From Eimeria praecox (Eukaryota), in NCBI GenBank assembly GCA_963920595.1, contig OY986946.1, positions 6,324,001-6,388,000 of the forward strand: 64,000 bases of DNA, read 5' to 3'. The stretch's first letter is position 1. Every line of letters begins with the position of its first letter. The position numbers and the translations under genes were made by a program. This document shows positions 23,690-37,040 of this stretch, piece by piece. Under the pieces are notes generated by a model. The model ran no database searches. It was not told the DNA's origin and saw nothing but the letters and a program-made list of their open reading frames with translations.

Positions 23690-26600
23690 ATGCTTTGTTA
23701 CATCATCATTATTACTATTGGGGCTTGCTTTGTGGAAGTGTACGGGAATGATGGTTGGTGCAAGGCATCACCGCAAGCGGGGCTTCCTGAGTTTGCTCGT
23801 TGTCTTCCAGCTGAGCAAGCAGTGGCGCGATATGTGCTGGAAGTGGCTCCTCTTGTTGGATTTGGTCTAGAAACGAAGTATGGTATATACACAAACGCAT
23901 GCATTTGAACTTTAAGCGCATTTGAAACGCCTAGAAGCGACGTCAAACTTATATTGGAGGGATCAAACGGCCGTCGTACGAAGCCGATTTCCATTGCATC
24001 CGTTGGTGGTGGAACCAGCAAACGGTGAGAAGTGTTTTCTCACTTTGTACTTTATTCTTCTCTCCCTCTACTTTGGCACATCTACATAGGGTCACGGCAG
24101 ATCGAGTTGATGTTAGCAACCCCGAAGTCATTCATGCTTACATCAGCAGTCCGACCTCGTGGGCATGTCGACAAATAACTGTGTGGAAGGACTTTCGCTA
24201 TTGGTTATTTGACTGTGGAGACGTTCTTTCGCCTTTGTCTCCCGAAGGAGTGAGAAATAACTTTCCTTCTGTAGGGTGAAAAAGCACAAGCTCATGTGCT
24301 TGAACTGTGCAGTCGTTTGCACTATCGGGGAGCAAAGTCTATGAATTGGCTGTTGTAACCGGAACGGACCCCAAAGGCAAGCTTTCGGTTCCATGGTTAC
24401 ACCTGGAAATATCTAATATGATTCCTCAAAGGTGGCCTTCACCCCCGCGCGCGTATTTCATTAATTGGTTCATCGCGAACGTCTGGGCCGAAGGTGTTGG
24501 AGGGGAGCTTTCCTCCGGGAAGCAGCCGAGCAATCCGCCTGCAAGCTGCCGACGGTGATATCCCACTGTTTAGTACAGCAATATTTTGTTTGTCCTTCAT
24601 TCTCTCGGATCAGTTGGCTCTTTGCAAGCAGTGGTCCTCAGCAACGACTCGACTGTGTCGCCTTGGTTCTGCAAACACGTGACAGTCCGTTCGGACGGCA
24701 GTTCTGCAAGCTTCAAAGTAGCGAGATGGATCGGGGCTCCGTATCCTTCGTCTGTTTATATCCCGCGATATCCATCGGGGCTGGAGCTGACACCTCAAGA
24801 CATCGACTGCCATACGCGCGCGGCAGATGTGTTTGAAGGGTATTTGCAAACGTGCAGAAACCAAACCACTAGAAAACGCCAATGGGTTTTATTGTCCTCA
24901 GAAAACCAAGTCTGACGAACGCAGCAAAAGTTCACTGCCCTATGAACTGCCAAGCGTCTGAGTTCGCCCACACGCAAGGGGCTTCGCTGCACCCGGCGTC
25001 ATCCTCAATATGCACAGCTGCCATTCTAGACGGTTTGATGGGTCCCTCGGGGGGCGAGCTCGTGTTGACAGCTGTAGGGCCGGTGGAGCAGTATACAGGG
25101 GTTGCGTACAATGGTGTGTCCGGGTTAGTTGTAGACTTGCACAAGAACAGTTTCAAAGACGACCCTTGGTTTCAGGCATCGACGCAGTGGACTACGCGTA
25201 CTCTCCCGAAATACAACAGTACAGCTTCCATATGTACCTTGTCGGTGAGAACACTACATAACAGCGGATTCTTTGACAGTCAAAATCATCTTTTCCCATC
25301 AGATACCATTGACCTCATCGAGACGGCTGTCCGCATCGTCAACGGTGGGCAGCCCTGTCGCCTCACACATAAACCACTTTACAAACAGTCTCATTTATAA
25401 TAGAGTTCGGCAAACTTTCGTCCGTTGGGCGGCTTGAGGTGAAGAGTGGCGCCGTTTGGGGGAGTGTTTGGTGAGGATACGTTTTTGCGGCAACTCAGAA
25501 TAAGAGCTTCAACGATTTCTTCTTCTTCAGCAACAAAGGCGACTACTTGACATTTGCGCCCCAGTCAGCATTAAAAGCGTGCCAAGAGTTCGGTAATCCC
25601 TCCAGTCTTCCCCCCCAGTTCAAGTTCTGTGCACTCGCGTTTGAATGCTTGCAGGATTCAAAACGGGCGCTGTGCTGCTCGATGGGTGCAAAGACGTGGA
25701 AGGGGCCAACTTGTGCGCAGATAAAGGATATCCCGTGGCGACTGCTGGTTAGTTCAAATGCTTTTGATGGTTTCTAAACATTGGCTCTTGTATACACCGC
25801 CTGCAACTTCAGGTATTACTGTAAGAGCGTCCTTTGGTTTCGCGCGTTCAGAACAAACCACCTGATCTGCTTTTAGTGCAGCGGAAATGAGGCGTTTCTC
25901 GCTGAGTGTGCCGCTGAGAACCCTCCAGCCACTTGCCTAGAACACGACGATGATGTAGTCATCAAGTGCACCAACATGCTTGCTGGGGCGGAGCCAGAGG
26001 CAGGCACTATTCGCATCGTGGGTCCTACGGGGACGCCGGCTCCATCCGGCCTCGGTCGCCTGCAATTTTACAACAAAGGTTCGTTCGCTCTCAACCATCG
26101 CACGAGGAGGTGATTCTCTCCTTTACCCACTTAACATCCTTGTTCAGGTTTCGGCAGCGTCTGCTCTGATGGATGGAATATCAAATCTGAACAGGTGGCA
26201 TGCAGACAGATGGGCTACAACAATGTAAAGGTGAATGCAAGATATATCGTCTGTGATTATAGCTACTCCCTATCATTGCCGCACGACTCAGGATAAAGGC
26301 CCTGGCAACGAAAGCTGCTCCAGCATCATGGGGCAGAACTACTGTGGCCCGGACCAGGAGAAGATTGCTGCTGTCAACTTTAGGTGTACAGGTGTGCTTA
26401 TTGCTGCTCTGCCATTTTTGAAAGGGCTTGGCCTACATATGAGGGTTCAGGCAGAGAGGCGTCTCTTAGCCAGTGCCCGCATGCTGTGGGCGACGATATT
26501 TACTGCGTGCATGCGGAGGACGTGGTGGTTGCATGCGAGGGCGATGGCGACCCATCTGGTGTTGGGGCTTTTCACAAAGAGGAAGCAGTTGTTCAGAAGA

Positions 26601-27868
26601 AGCGTTTCCTCTCGTTGATTCACCTCACCTGCTTCGACAGCCTCGAGACGCGACAGGGCTTAGGGGGCCCCCCTGGCACGATGCATTTGGTTGTTTGTCC
26701 TCCCAACTGCAGGCAAGTTAAAACAATGCTGCATGCAGCACCAGCGCCTTCGCAACAGTCATTCTCTACAGCTCTGCTGGAGCTGAAGTGAACGGCGCTT
26801 ACATCTACACTGCGAGCTCTGCGGTAGGCTTAAGCCCTTCCCCCTCTGCTTCTCCCCCTCTCTGAAAGTAAACTGTGCAAATCAGATATGCCGAGCCGCC
26901 ATCCACAGCGGGACAAATACTCAAGAAGGCGGCGAATGTCTGCTAGTCGTTGGCCATGGGCAGCATCACTTCTCAGCCATGGAGATCCACGGGATACACA
27001 GCGGAGAAAGCGGCCCCTACGCCAGATCCTGTAAGTAGTAGAGAGCAGTTGTATATTCAGTAGCTACACCAGAAGCAATACATGCATCTCTAAGTTGAAA
27101 CTTCTACTCCCTTCAGTCACCACTGCAAAGTTGGATCATTCCGTTCACAGTCTGGTGATCTCGAGTAGCACTCATGCGGTGCTGCAGTCAACAGCAGCAG
27201 CTGCTCAGCCTCTGACGAGCACAGCAGCTCCCCAGGCACAGCCTGCTGCCCTCCAATCTGCAGCTGGTATCACTGGTGCTGCTGCTCAGGCTGCTGCAAC
27301 CCCCCCCGCAGCGGCTGCAACAATCCCCATAGCTTCTGGGGCCGCTGCAGCCAACACAACCCAGCAAACTGCAGCAGCACAAAGGTCTGTTGCTGCTCCA
27401 GCAAGAGGAAATGCAGTATTCAGTTCAAGTGGAGGTGCCTCGCTACAAACATATTACGGAAAAACACGCGGCCCCAGTAGTGTAAAAAAGCCAAACACTG
27501 TAATATACATAGAAAACTCAGCTGAAGCTGTCCCTGGCACACGACACCAGTTGCTCCCTTTCTCAGCAAATCAGATCCGCAGCCCGTTGGTAACGGGGGA
27601 TGGCAGACGGCTTATCACAAGTGAGTAGTAGGTATTGATACCTATTATTAACTTTATTTGCTATATGCTTTCACCTCCACCTGCAGCAGCAGCAGCAGGA
27701 GCAGCAACAGTAGAACAGCGACTCCAAACAATCTCTCAAAGGCCGCCTTACACGCGCATGATGAAAATCCCCGCTCTACCCGCTTCCCATCCAGAAGACA
27801 TATTTCACTGGTTTCCACCTGAAGGGTTCAAAGGTGCTGCAAGCGAAATGCTGCACACAACCCTAAAC

Positions 27869-27909
<41 letters not shown>

Positions 27910-29671
27910 GATCTTCATCATACATATAACAGGGTTTCACGGGAAGCCATCGGATTTCGTGGACACCTCGAGTTTGGCTACCGGCAGTCTCGTGTCATCA
28001 ATAAGGGACTTCACCGTTGTAGTACGCGCCGTAGTCACAGGTGAGGCGCGTAGCTGCAGGGCTTAACTCTATCTGCACTTACATCGAAAACCGCTCTCTG
28101 CTGTCTGTACACAGGAGGGGAGGGACAATGGCGGACTTTGATCGCCCACAGTGACTGCAACGGGTTTTCTCTGTTAGTCGACCCGAATGACGAGTTGATA
28201 TTCGAACAGACCTGCCACCCTCACCAACTCAAGTCAGGGTTTGTGCCTAAGTTGGGAGGTAAGCTGCAATTTTGTTTCAAGTCAGCGCACGCAGTACAAT
28301 TGAAAAACACTTTAGAAAAGTTCGACGCCGCTGCCACGTTCTCCGCCACCACACACTTGCTCCAACTCTTTGTAAATGGAAAGCCAGTGGCCTCCGAGAA
28401 AGCTGAATTCGACCTCAACTTGAGAGTGAGTTGTCTAGACAGCTGAACACGCACTTTTACACATATCCCCATCTCTTTCTGGCTGCAGGGCCACATGATC
28501 ATCGGGAGGGCCAGCGCAGCAGAGGCGGACTACTTTGAAGGAGACATTTTAGGGGTTAAGCTGTTCAACCAGGAAACCCCGACAGCGACAATACAAAATG
28601 CTTTCACTCCCGAGACACTTGCGGCTCATCTTCCTCAGGCGCCGAGCGAAAGCAGGCGCACAGAAGACGGGCGGCTGTGTCTGTCTCCTTGTTCTGTGCA
28701 GGGACCTCTGTGGGCCGCAGCAGCAGCAGCAGCAGCAGCAAGACCAACGAAGCCTGCAGTTTCCTTATCTTGTACTGACTCTCTACGTCGTGTTGAGTTC
28801 AACGGCTGCATTGGCCAGAAGTTCCTGGCACTCTGTCCCCCCGACTGTCTGCACGCCAACGCGCCCTTAGAAGGCTGCAAGCTTTTCACTTCTAAGAGTT
28901 CTATTTGCAAGGCAGCACTGCATGCTGGCGCAGTGCCAAAGGAAGGTGGCGAGGTGTTGTTGACTGTCTCTGAAGGTCAACCAGTCTATGACGCCTCTCA
29001 GGGACATTTCGGTGGGTTGTAGTATATTCAAATATATCAAACTTCTTGCAACAAATTCTACATATACATGCAAATATATGCTAATCCATTCAGGCATACG
29101 CAGCACACAAAGCACAGGGCCAGAACTGCGTTCGTTCTCTGTTGAAGTGGCTCCTCTCTTTAGAGTTCTTTCGTGTGAAACAAATGGGGTCTTCACTTTA
29201 AAACTGGGAGTGGAAGAGCGTGAACTCGTCGTATGTCCTGCGGGGTGTTTGGCTCACAACACCGCCCGGGTGTATGGAAGCGGTAAGCAACTCAAATATT
29301 TTTGAAGAAATCAAAAGAAAAGCAGAATTGTTTATCTTCAAAAAACTCTACAACAGGGTTCTACAGTCCTTTATCTTCTGTCTGTCGCGCTGCTCTCCAT
29401 GCTGGGGTTCTGGTAAGCTGAGACTTCATCTTCTTTGCAAACATATATGCACATGTATGTTGTTATGTGACGCCAGCATAATGACGTCGGGGGGGAAGTT
29501 GAATTACTGGCGTCCAAAGCTCGTCAACGCTTCTCAGGAAGTGAAGCTCATGGAGTTGTGTCTGAGTCAAGCGGAGAGTATATTCGCTCTTTCTTGTTTG
29601 TTTCCCCCTCCCCCTCCTCCTCTTCCAGTAACGCTGAAGAAGCCCCAGACAGCCGTTTACCCCCAGCTTGA
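23690..29671 (+). CDS. CCp3: LCCL-family multidomain adhesin of CCp3/LAP1/SR type: signal peptide, PLAT/LH2, LCCL, 2x SRCR, LCCL, LamG/pentraxin, LCCL, LCCL; many exons
   Basis: Hydrophobic N-terminus. PLAT 'YELAVVTG...LQAVVLSND...WFCKHVTV'. LCCL 'SSICTAAI', 'ICRAAIHSG', 'SSICKAALHAG..GG'. SRCR 'GRLEV..WGSVC', 'GRLQF..FGSVCSDGW..VACRQMG', 'C..AEDVVVAC'. LamG 'LQLFVNGK..MIIGR..YFEGDI'. Stop TGA at 29669-29671. Confidence 0.88.
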
Positions 29672-30432
29672 GATGATATATGCTTGCATGCAGCACTGCG
29701 ACTGTGTTCATAATATGATCCTGATCTTCTTCTTATTTACTTACTGCCCTTAACTATCGCAAAGCTGTCCTGTCCGCTCCTCTTCTACCTATCTACTGCG
29801 ACTCTACCTCTGCAACTTCCTAATAAGATGTGTAAAACAAAGAACTCAAACCCTGAAGGAAAGAAGAACGATACTAAACAAACGAAAACAAAAAAGCTTT
29901 GCAGGGCAGAAGCCCTTCTCAGTCTGAAGGCGTCATCGTCGCCCATATTCAATCATATGCAAGCGGCCACTCGAATGAGGAAGAAATGCACTAATATGCC
30001 GTTGTTGTTTTTGTTTAATTGCACTTGTAAGGAACCAGCTGCTGAAGAGCAGCTGGATCCACAGACCCCCGAAAACCAAAAAAGGGGAAACACCTGAAAA
30101 AAAAGTTTGTTAGCTTTCGTTGACTTTGTCTAAAGCCAACAGAAAATCGCTCAGGATAAATATGTATTCTTCATGTCGTCGTAGTGATGTCGGTTCCAGC
30201 CATCACGATACAAGTGCTCTGTCTGCAGAAACACAAAACGGATCCCCACCATCACCCCAAGTACATTTCATTGAAATATTGAATCCTATTTCGCCTTCAA
30301 CCCTCCCACGCCCATCCCCCACGCACAAGCAAACCACAGAAACAAACACAAGGGAAGCTCAGCAGATTCAGGTAGACACGAAAGACGAAACGCAACGCAA
30401 AAACATGTTGACTGTAGACGACAGTTTCCCCC

Positions 30433-30903
30433 CTATCCTGTGAAAAAATCCGCGAAAATCAGCGAGAAGTAGGCTGGGAGGATGTGCAGCATTTCTCTTT
30501 TGCCTCTGTCTTTGTTCTGAAGGGCAGAGATGTAAGACAAATCCCGCTGCACTTGGGAGGCAACGACCTTCGTGTTCGAGCGGCGTGCGTGTATCCTCAC
30601 TTCTCTGTAGTACTTTCGCAGCTCCATGGTGGTCTGTATGCAGGGAAAGAGGACCATGAAAGCGCCAGCCCCTATGAGAATGGGGGTAAAGCTGAAGGGC
30701 TTCCCAGGGGGAGGGTTGACTGCCTCGTTGACTATGATTGTTTGGTACTGCGTAGGCCGCGGATTTGGATTCAATAGCCGTCCTTCTGTGCTGAAACAAC
30801 GCGAGGCGTAATTTGAACGGTTTAGCAGACGGGGAGCTACGACGCCGACTACACCCCGTGCATTGTGAGAATGCATGCGGGAGAGGAGGGAAGACGATAA
30901 CAT
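30433..30903 (-). CDS. Small hypothetical protein with a mitochondrial-presequence-like N-terminus and one transmembrane helix; 3' splicing uncertain
   Basis: ATG in AAAATG context, an Arg/Ser-rich acid-free N-terminus ending 'ASRCFST', and the hydrophobic stretch 'FTPILIGAGAFMVLFPCI'. Confidence 0.55.
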   Translation of the reverse strand: MLSSSLLSRMHSHNARGVVGVVAPRLLNRSNYASRCFSTEGRLLNPNPRPTQYQTIIVNEAVNPPPGKPFSFTPILIGAGAFMVLFPCIQTTMELRKYYREVRIHARRSNTKVVASQVQRDLSYISALQNKDRGKREMLHILPAYFSLIFADFFTG

Positions 30904-31461
30904 TTTCCGTTACTCGAGAGGGTCAAGGCTGTAGTCATTACAAATAAACAGTTTCTGAAGCATATATATTTCATAATTCATCCAGAGTTTCACAGTGTCG
31001 TCGTCCGTCCACACCATCCGACGGCTCGTTGCCAGCAGAAGCCGCTTCTTTCGCCGCCGAAGTCTTGGGAAAGAAGTAGCGGCGATCTACTAATTCTTTT
31101 TTTTCTTCATTGTTTTTATGTTACCTTCTCACCGAGAAGGTTTCATTAAATTCTTGAATTCCTGGTTTCTATACTTCACAAGCCAACATCGCTGCCCTTC
31201 TTCGGTCGGGCTACTCCGACAGCTGGCCTCTGCAACGCGGATCCGGCTCATCTGTGATAACCCTGTTAAATGAACATCTAAATTTGATTTCAGGGTTCTA
31301 GTTTCTCCATTTCCAGGTGTGTGTGTTCCTCTTTCTTCCGCGGGGTGTATACTGTTTGCGTTGCGTTCAAACTGTGTGTATTGAAGTTCGATATCCGTTG
31401 GTTTTTTGTGAAGAAACTGAGATATGTTGTAGAAGCCGAGTAACTAAATGAATGCCTCAGC

Positions 31462-32601
31462 ATGAGCACAGCGAAGGGCAATGAGGAACCCCGTTTAATG
31501 GGGGTTCCGATGCGATGGGTTGCGCTTCTTGCACTCGTAGGCCAGACAGTGGCGGGGGTGAGTGTATTGCGTTTATCACGATCTAGCAAATGGTCTGGAG
31601 ATGTTCCTTACCTCACAACAACAGCTGTAGTTTCAGCTGAAGTCGTGAAGCTGCTAACATCCCTCCCGATGTTGTGGATAGAGCAGAACAGAAGCTTTCG
31701 ACAGACAGCAGCAGCTTTGTATCGGGGTATCCTTGCAAATCCGAAGGAGATGGCAAAGGTTGGTGTTCCAGGTCTTTTATACGCTTTGCAGAATAATTTA
31801 ATTTTTATTTCTCTTTCAAATCTGTCTGGAGCGATGTATCAGGTGACATATCAGCTCAAGATTTTGACGACAGCTCTGTTGTCAGTTATAATTTTGGGTC
31901 GACGGATATCATTAATTAAGTGGTTTGCCTTGTTTCTTCTCTTTTTAGGGGTTAGTTTAATACAATATCCAACAGCATCGGAGGCTCCTGCTGCTTTGGT
32001 GGGGGGGAAACAACAAAACCCTTTTATAGGGCTAGTGGCGGTGTTGTGTGCTTCACTAACAAGTGGGCTGGCTGGAGTGTATTTAGAGAAGTTATTAAAA
32101 CAAAAAACAACAACAATGTGGGTAAATAACTTGCAATTAGCTATTTATGGGGTATTTGCTGGGCTTATAGGGGCCCTATGGAATGATAGTAAGGCAATAT
32201 TGGAGGGAGGATTTTTTCAAGGATATACAAGTATGACAATTGCAGCGATTCTATTGCAAGCTCTTGGAGGACTTGTTGTTGCTGCAGTATTAAAATATGC
32301 AGATAATATATTAAAATGCTTTGGAAATGCTATGTCTATTGTATTTTCATGTTTAATTTCATGGATGATTGCTGGTGACTTCCTTCCTTCTATGCTATTC
32401 TGTTGCGGCACAGCTCTTGTTCTTTTCGCAACTTATCTTTATATTATCGATCCTCCACTTCGATTCTTAGAAAAAATAAAAAATAAATCTAAATATACTT
32501 CTCTAGGGGAAGACATAAACACAGCAGCAGCAACTGCTGCTGCTACTGATATGACAGTCTTTCAACGAGGAAAGAAAGCTTCAGTAGTTTCTTCATCTTA
32601 G
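31462..32601 (+). CDS. Nucleotide-sugar transporter, SLC35A (UDP-galactose/CMP-sialic acid type), intronless
   Basis: Motifs 'AEVVKL', 'VPGLLYALQNNL', 'YQVTYQLKILTTA', 'SGLAGVYLEKLLK', 'GGLVVAAVLKYADNILK'. About 10 transmembrane segments. Confidence 0.93.
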   Translation: MSTAKGNEEPRLMGVPMRWVALLALVGQTVAGVSVLRLSRSSKWSGDVPYLTTTAVVSAEVVKLLTSLPMLWIEQNRSFRQTAAALYRGILANPKEMAKVGVPGLLYALQNNLIFISLSNLSGAMYQVTYQLKILTTALLSVIILGRRISLIKWFALFLLFLGVSLIQYPTASEAPAALVGGKQQNPFIGLVAVLCASLTSGLAGVYLEKLLKQKTTTMWVNNLQLAIYGVFAGLIGALWNDSKAILEGGFFQGYTSMTIAAILLQALGGLVVAAVLKYADNILKCFGNAMSIVFSCLISWMIAGDFLPSMLFCCGTALVLFATYLYIIDPPLRFLEKIKNKSKYTSLGEDINTAAATAAATDMTVFQRGKKASVVSSS

Positions 32602-32902
32602 ATATATGTTAAATTTTAATTACAATTAAATTAAATACAACAACAATTAAATAATACTATTCAATGAAATCCAATTTCAATTCTTTATGATAGCAGTACT
32701 ACAGCTGCTGCTCTACAGACACAACACGCGCAGTTTTGTTATTTTTATTACAACTGACGCGAACTAAACTCCTTTCCTCCTACGGTGAATTTCAATTAAA
32801 CTATCCACGAGGATGAGCAATTGCTGCTTTGTTGAATTGCTGTTGTTGCTGTTGTTGCTGCTGTTGTTGCTGTTGCTGCTGCTGCTGTGCATGCATTCAT
32901 GC

Positions 32903-32999
<97 letters not shown>

Positions 33000-33372
33000 A
33001 TATGCTTGTAGCAGATTCTGGGTTTAAGAAAAATAATTTCAGCCCATCAAGGGATGTTAGAAACGGAGTGTACATACACCGCAAACAAAAACGTGAAAAA
33101 GAAATATTCCTCAGAGACAGATCAGCATATCTTTAACAACAACCAACATAAAGAGATTTTCTTCAGCTGCCTCAATTTATATAAACCCGAGCGAGCTGCA
33201 GCTACACACAATGTGTACATAATATTGAAATTCAGCTGAAATTGACAATTATAATTAATTCATAATAATTAATTAATTTCGTTAGAATTAATTAATTATT
33301 ATTTTTACTAGGAGATACCTCCTTCACCTTCAGACGCCAGATTCAGAAGGTGACAGGTTATAGTTTAATGAA

Positions 33373-33416
<44 letters not shown>

Positions 33417-33427
33417 AAACTTCGATA

Positions 33428-33590
33428 TTATGACTTGGGTTTTTGTTTTCGCTGGTCAGACGACCCGCCAACGAGTCGTGTTAACAAACCAGAGAAACCA
33501 GAACCTGAAAAAACAAAAAAAGAAGAAATATTCACATTTCTATCATCACATACAATAAAACAACTGCAGCAACTCCTTCAATAAACACAC

Positions 33591-33669
<79 letters not shown>

Positions 33670-34933
33670 CGTACTTGGTTTCCGTATAGATTGAGCGGCA
33701 GATGAATCTTGAGGACTCTGTTTCTTTGGCTTTGGCTTCGGCGCGTCCCGCGTTCGAAACCCAGCAAACACAGGCCCAACAGTTCTGCTGTATAATAAAA
33801 ACAGAGCATAAAGATGTATTAATAATATAGATGAGTATTAATTTGTTATATTTTTCTTCATATAATATAAATAAATTAAATAAAACATGAAATATATGCT
33901 TCTTTTGTGCTATTTCTTTACGTACCTACTGCTGCCAGATAGCTCTAAATCACGTTCAAATGTAGGAGAGAAGCGAATACAAGTAGAAGGAATCGAGTTT
34001 TTATTGTTTTTATTGTGTAAGAATGGTTTAGATTTTAATGAATTCTTTCGTACTACATTTGTGTTTTTAAGAAGGCTTTTCATTTCGTCTTCTTCACTGT
34101 CTGTTTGTTCTGTTTGTCGTTCTTTTACTTTTTCACAACAAGATATTTCTTTTCTTGGTTTTGTTTTTTGAATATCTTCTTTCTTTTTTTCTATTTCTCC
34201 TCTGTTTCCTGTTGTTGAATTGAGGGGAACAGCCTGATGCTGTTTCGGCTGCAATAGTTTTATCTTCTGAAGTAATTGTCTACGTGAGGCGTTTTCTGTA
34301 CATTTCGCTACAAGTTGTTCTGTTGTTACTACTTGCTTCCCTCCATCAAATGTAGATAAATCTTTATTATTTGTTTCTGTTAAGGAGAATGTAGACCAAC
34401 GAATTATCTCCTCTGGTTGAATTTGTGTTATATTTTCTTCTTTTTCATCGTTTTCAGAATTACTTTCTGATTCCTCATCTTCAGATAACCAATCATCTAA
34501 CTCCATTCCCTGTAACATACACATTTGAAGTGAAAATAAACAAAATAAACATACATATGTATATCTATAGATGCATAAAACAAAAATAAAAACAATAGGA
34601 TTAATTAAATATATAAAAAAACAAAAAAAAACAAAGAATTCAACATATAAAACCTCTCGATTATATTCATAAACTTCCGCACCGCGAAAACATCATCCCC
34701 GAGAAGTCTTCTACGTTTTGCTATTCTTCTTCTTCTTTCTTCTAATTCTATTTCAAGTTTTTCTTGTTCTGTTAATTCTTGTCCCCCATTTTCGCCTCCT
34801 CTACGGTACCCTACATAAATAACAATATCATTATATTAAAGAAGGTTGAGTATGAATATATCTTTTGGTGTGTGCGTGTGTGTATGTGTGTGTGTTTTGT
34901 TTGTAAGCACATTATTGAAGAAAAAAAGAAGAG

Positions 34934-34970
<37 letters not shown>

Positions 34971-35288
34971 GGTGTATATATCCCCTTTAATTAATTTCCT
35001 ACTTACTCCCAATGAGCCGTTCATAAACTTCTTCTTCTCTCTCCCCCAAATCTTTATGCAGCTTTCTATTCATAGCTTCTCTGTCTTCGTTTCTTTCTTC
35101 TTCTTCTGCTTCTTCAGGACGAGCTACCAAATCCTCCAGAAAATCCTCATCGCTGTTTGTAAAATAAAAGAAAAAACAAATATTATAAATAAATAAATAA
35201 ATAAATTTAGATTATATATATATATATACATATATCTATCTATCTATCTATATGTATATATATGTATATACATATATATATATATATG

Positions 35289-35372
<84 letters not shown>

Positions 35373-35685
35373 AGCTTATTTCTTCCACCAAAAGCAATAA
35401 AATAAAATAACAGCATCAAATAACAAACCTGTCTTCATATTCTTCTTCCTCCTCATCATTTTCTCTTGCTAGCCGATGTTTTAATTCTTCCAAAGCCGCC
35501 GCATATTCAACATCATCTTTCAATTCTTCATCGTTTTCTTCTGCTTCGTATTCTGTCATCTTCTTCACTATTTCTCGCATTTGTCTGTTAGACAGAAACA
35601 AAAAAAAATACAATTAAATACAATATAATACAACATATAAGACAATACAATACATACATACAATAACATATATAAGACAACACAA

Positions 35686-35737
<52 letters not shown>

Positions 35738-36361
35738 TATAGGTATGATAATATACACCTCCTATATTGTTATTTAAAATATTATTATACTATATTATTT
35801 TTATTATTATATCATATTATAATATTGTAATATTTATAATCTAATAATAATAATATTTATAATATTATTTTCATATTACTATATATAGCACTGTTATATA
35901 CATAATATATACTAGTATTCCTATACGCACTTCTCTCTCTCTCTCTCTCTCTCTATCTATGTATATAATATAAATATAATAAATTAAATTAACAATGTTA
36001 ATGTATATAATTAAATATAATTATATATAATTATAAACAGGATTTACCTCTTTCTCTCAATTCTTCTTTGTTTTCTGTATTCTGCTTCTTTCTGTCTTCT
36101 TCTTAGTTCTTTTTGTTTTTTCTTCTCTTGCTGTTGTTTTATTTCTTCATCTTTACGATTATCCTTCTCTGCTGCAGCATCTGCAGCATCTGCTGCTGCT
36201 GCTGCTGTTGCTGCTGCTGTTGCTGCTGTTTGCTGCGGCCCCTCGCTTCTGTCTTCAGAAGCTGCAGCAACGTTTTCTTTTTCAACTTCTTCTCTTTCTC
36301 CCTCCATCGAAGGAGACACATCTAAATCTTGAGAATCAGCAGCAGGTGTAGGTTTATCTGC

Positions 36362-36396
<35 letters not shown>

Positions 36397-36861
36397 TTGC
36401 TGCTGCAGTTGATGGGATGCTATCATCATCAATCATTTTTCTCTTCTTTTTTTTCTGGATTCGTAATATTTCTTCTTCTTCTTGTTCTTCTTCTTTGTTA
36501 TTATTTATAATCAAATATTCACTCCTCCGTATATTCTTTAGCGGAATTTGTACTTTGTTTTTTACTTTGTTGAAAGTAAATAAAAATAAATCTGTTAACT
36601 TCATTTGTCTCGGCCCCTGGCAGGTGTAGCTACGCCCCACACTCTTACCACACTTCTCATGGCCTCCGCTTAGTCCTCCTGTTGCAGGTGCTGCTGCTGC
36701 TGTTGCTGCAGGCGTTGCTGCTGCTGTTGCTGCAGGTGCTGCTGCTGCTGTTGCTGCAGGTGTTGCTGCTGCTGTTGCTGCAAGTGCTGCTGCAGGTGCT
36801 GCTGCTGCTGTTGCTGCAGGTGCTGCTGCAGGTGCTGTTGCTGCAGGTGTTGCTGGAGGTT

Positions 36862-36894
<33 letters not shown>

Positions 36895-37009
36895 CAGCAG
36901 CCTTTGGGGTGTCTAGACACCTCTCTGTCTCCTTCGTCTCCTTCGCTTCATCGTCCTCCACCATCGCAGCCGCATCCGATGCCCCACAGCCCTCTGCAGC
37001 AGCACCAGT

Positions 37010-37040
<31 letters not shown>

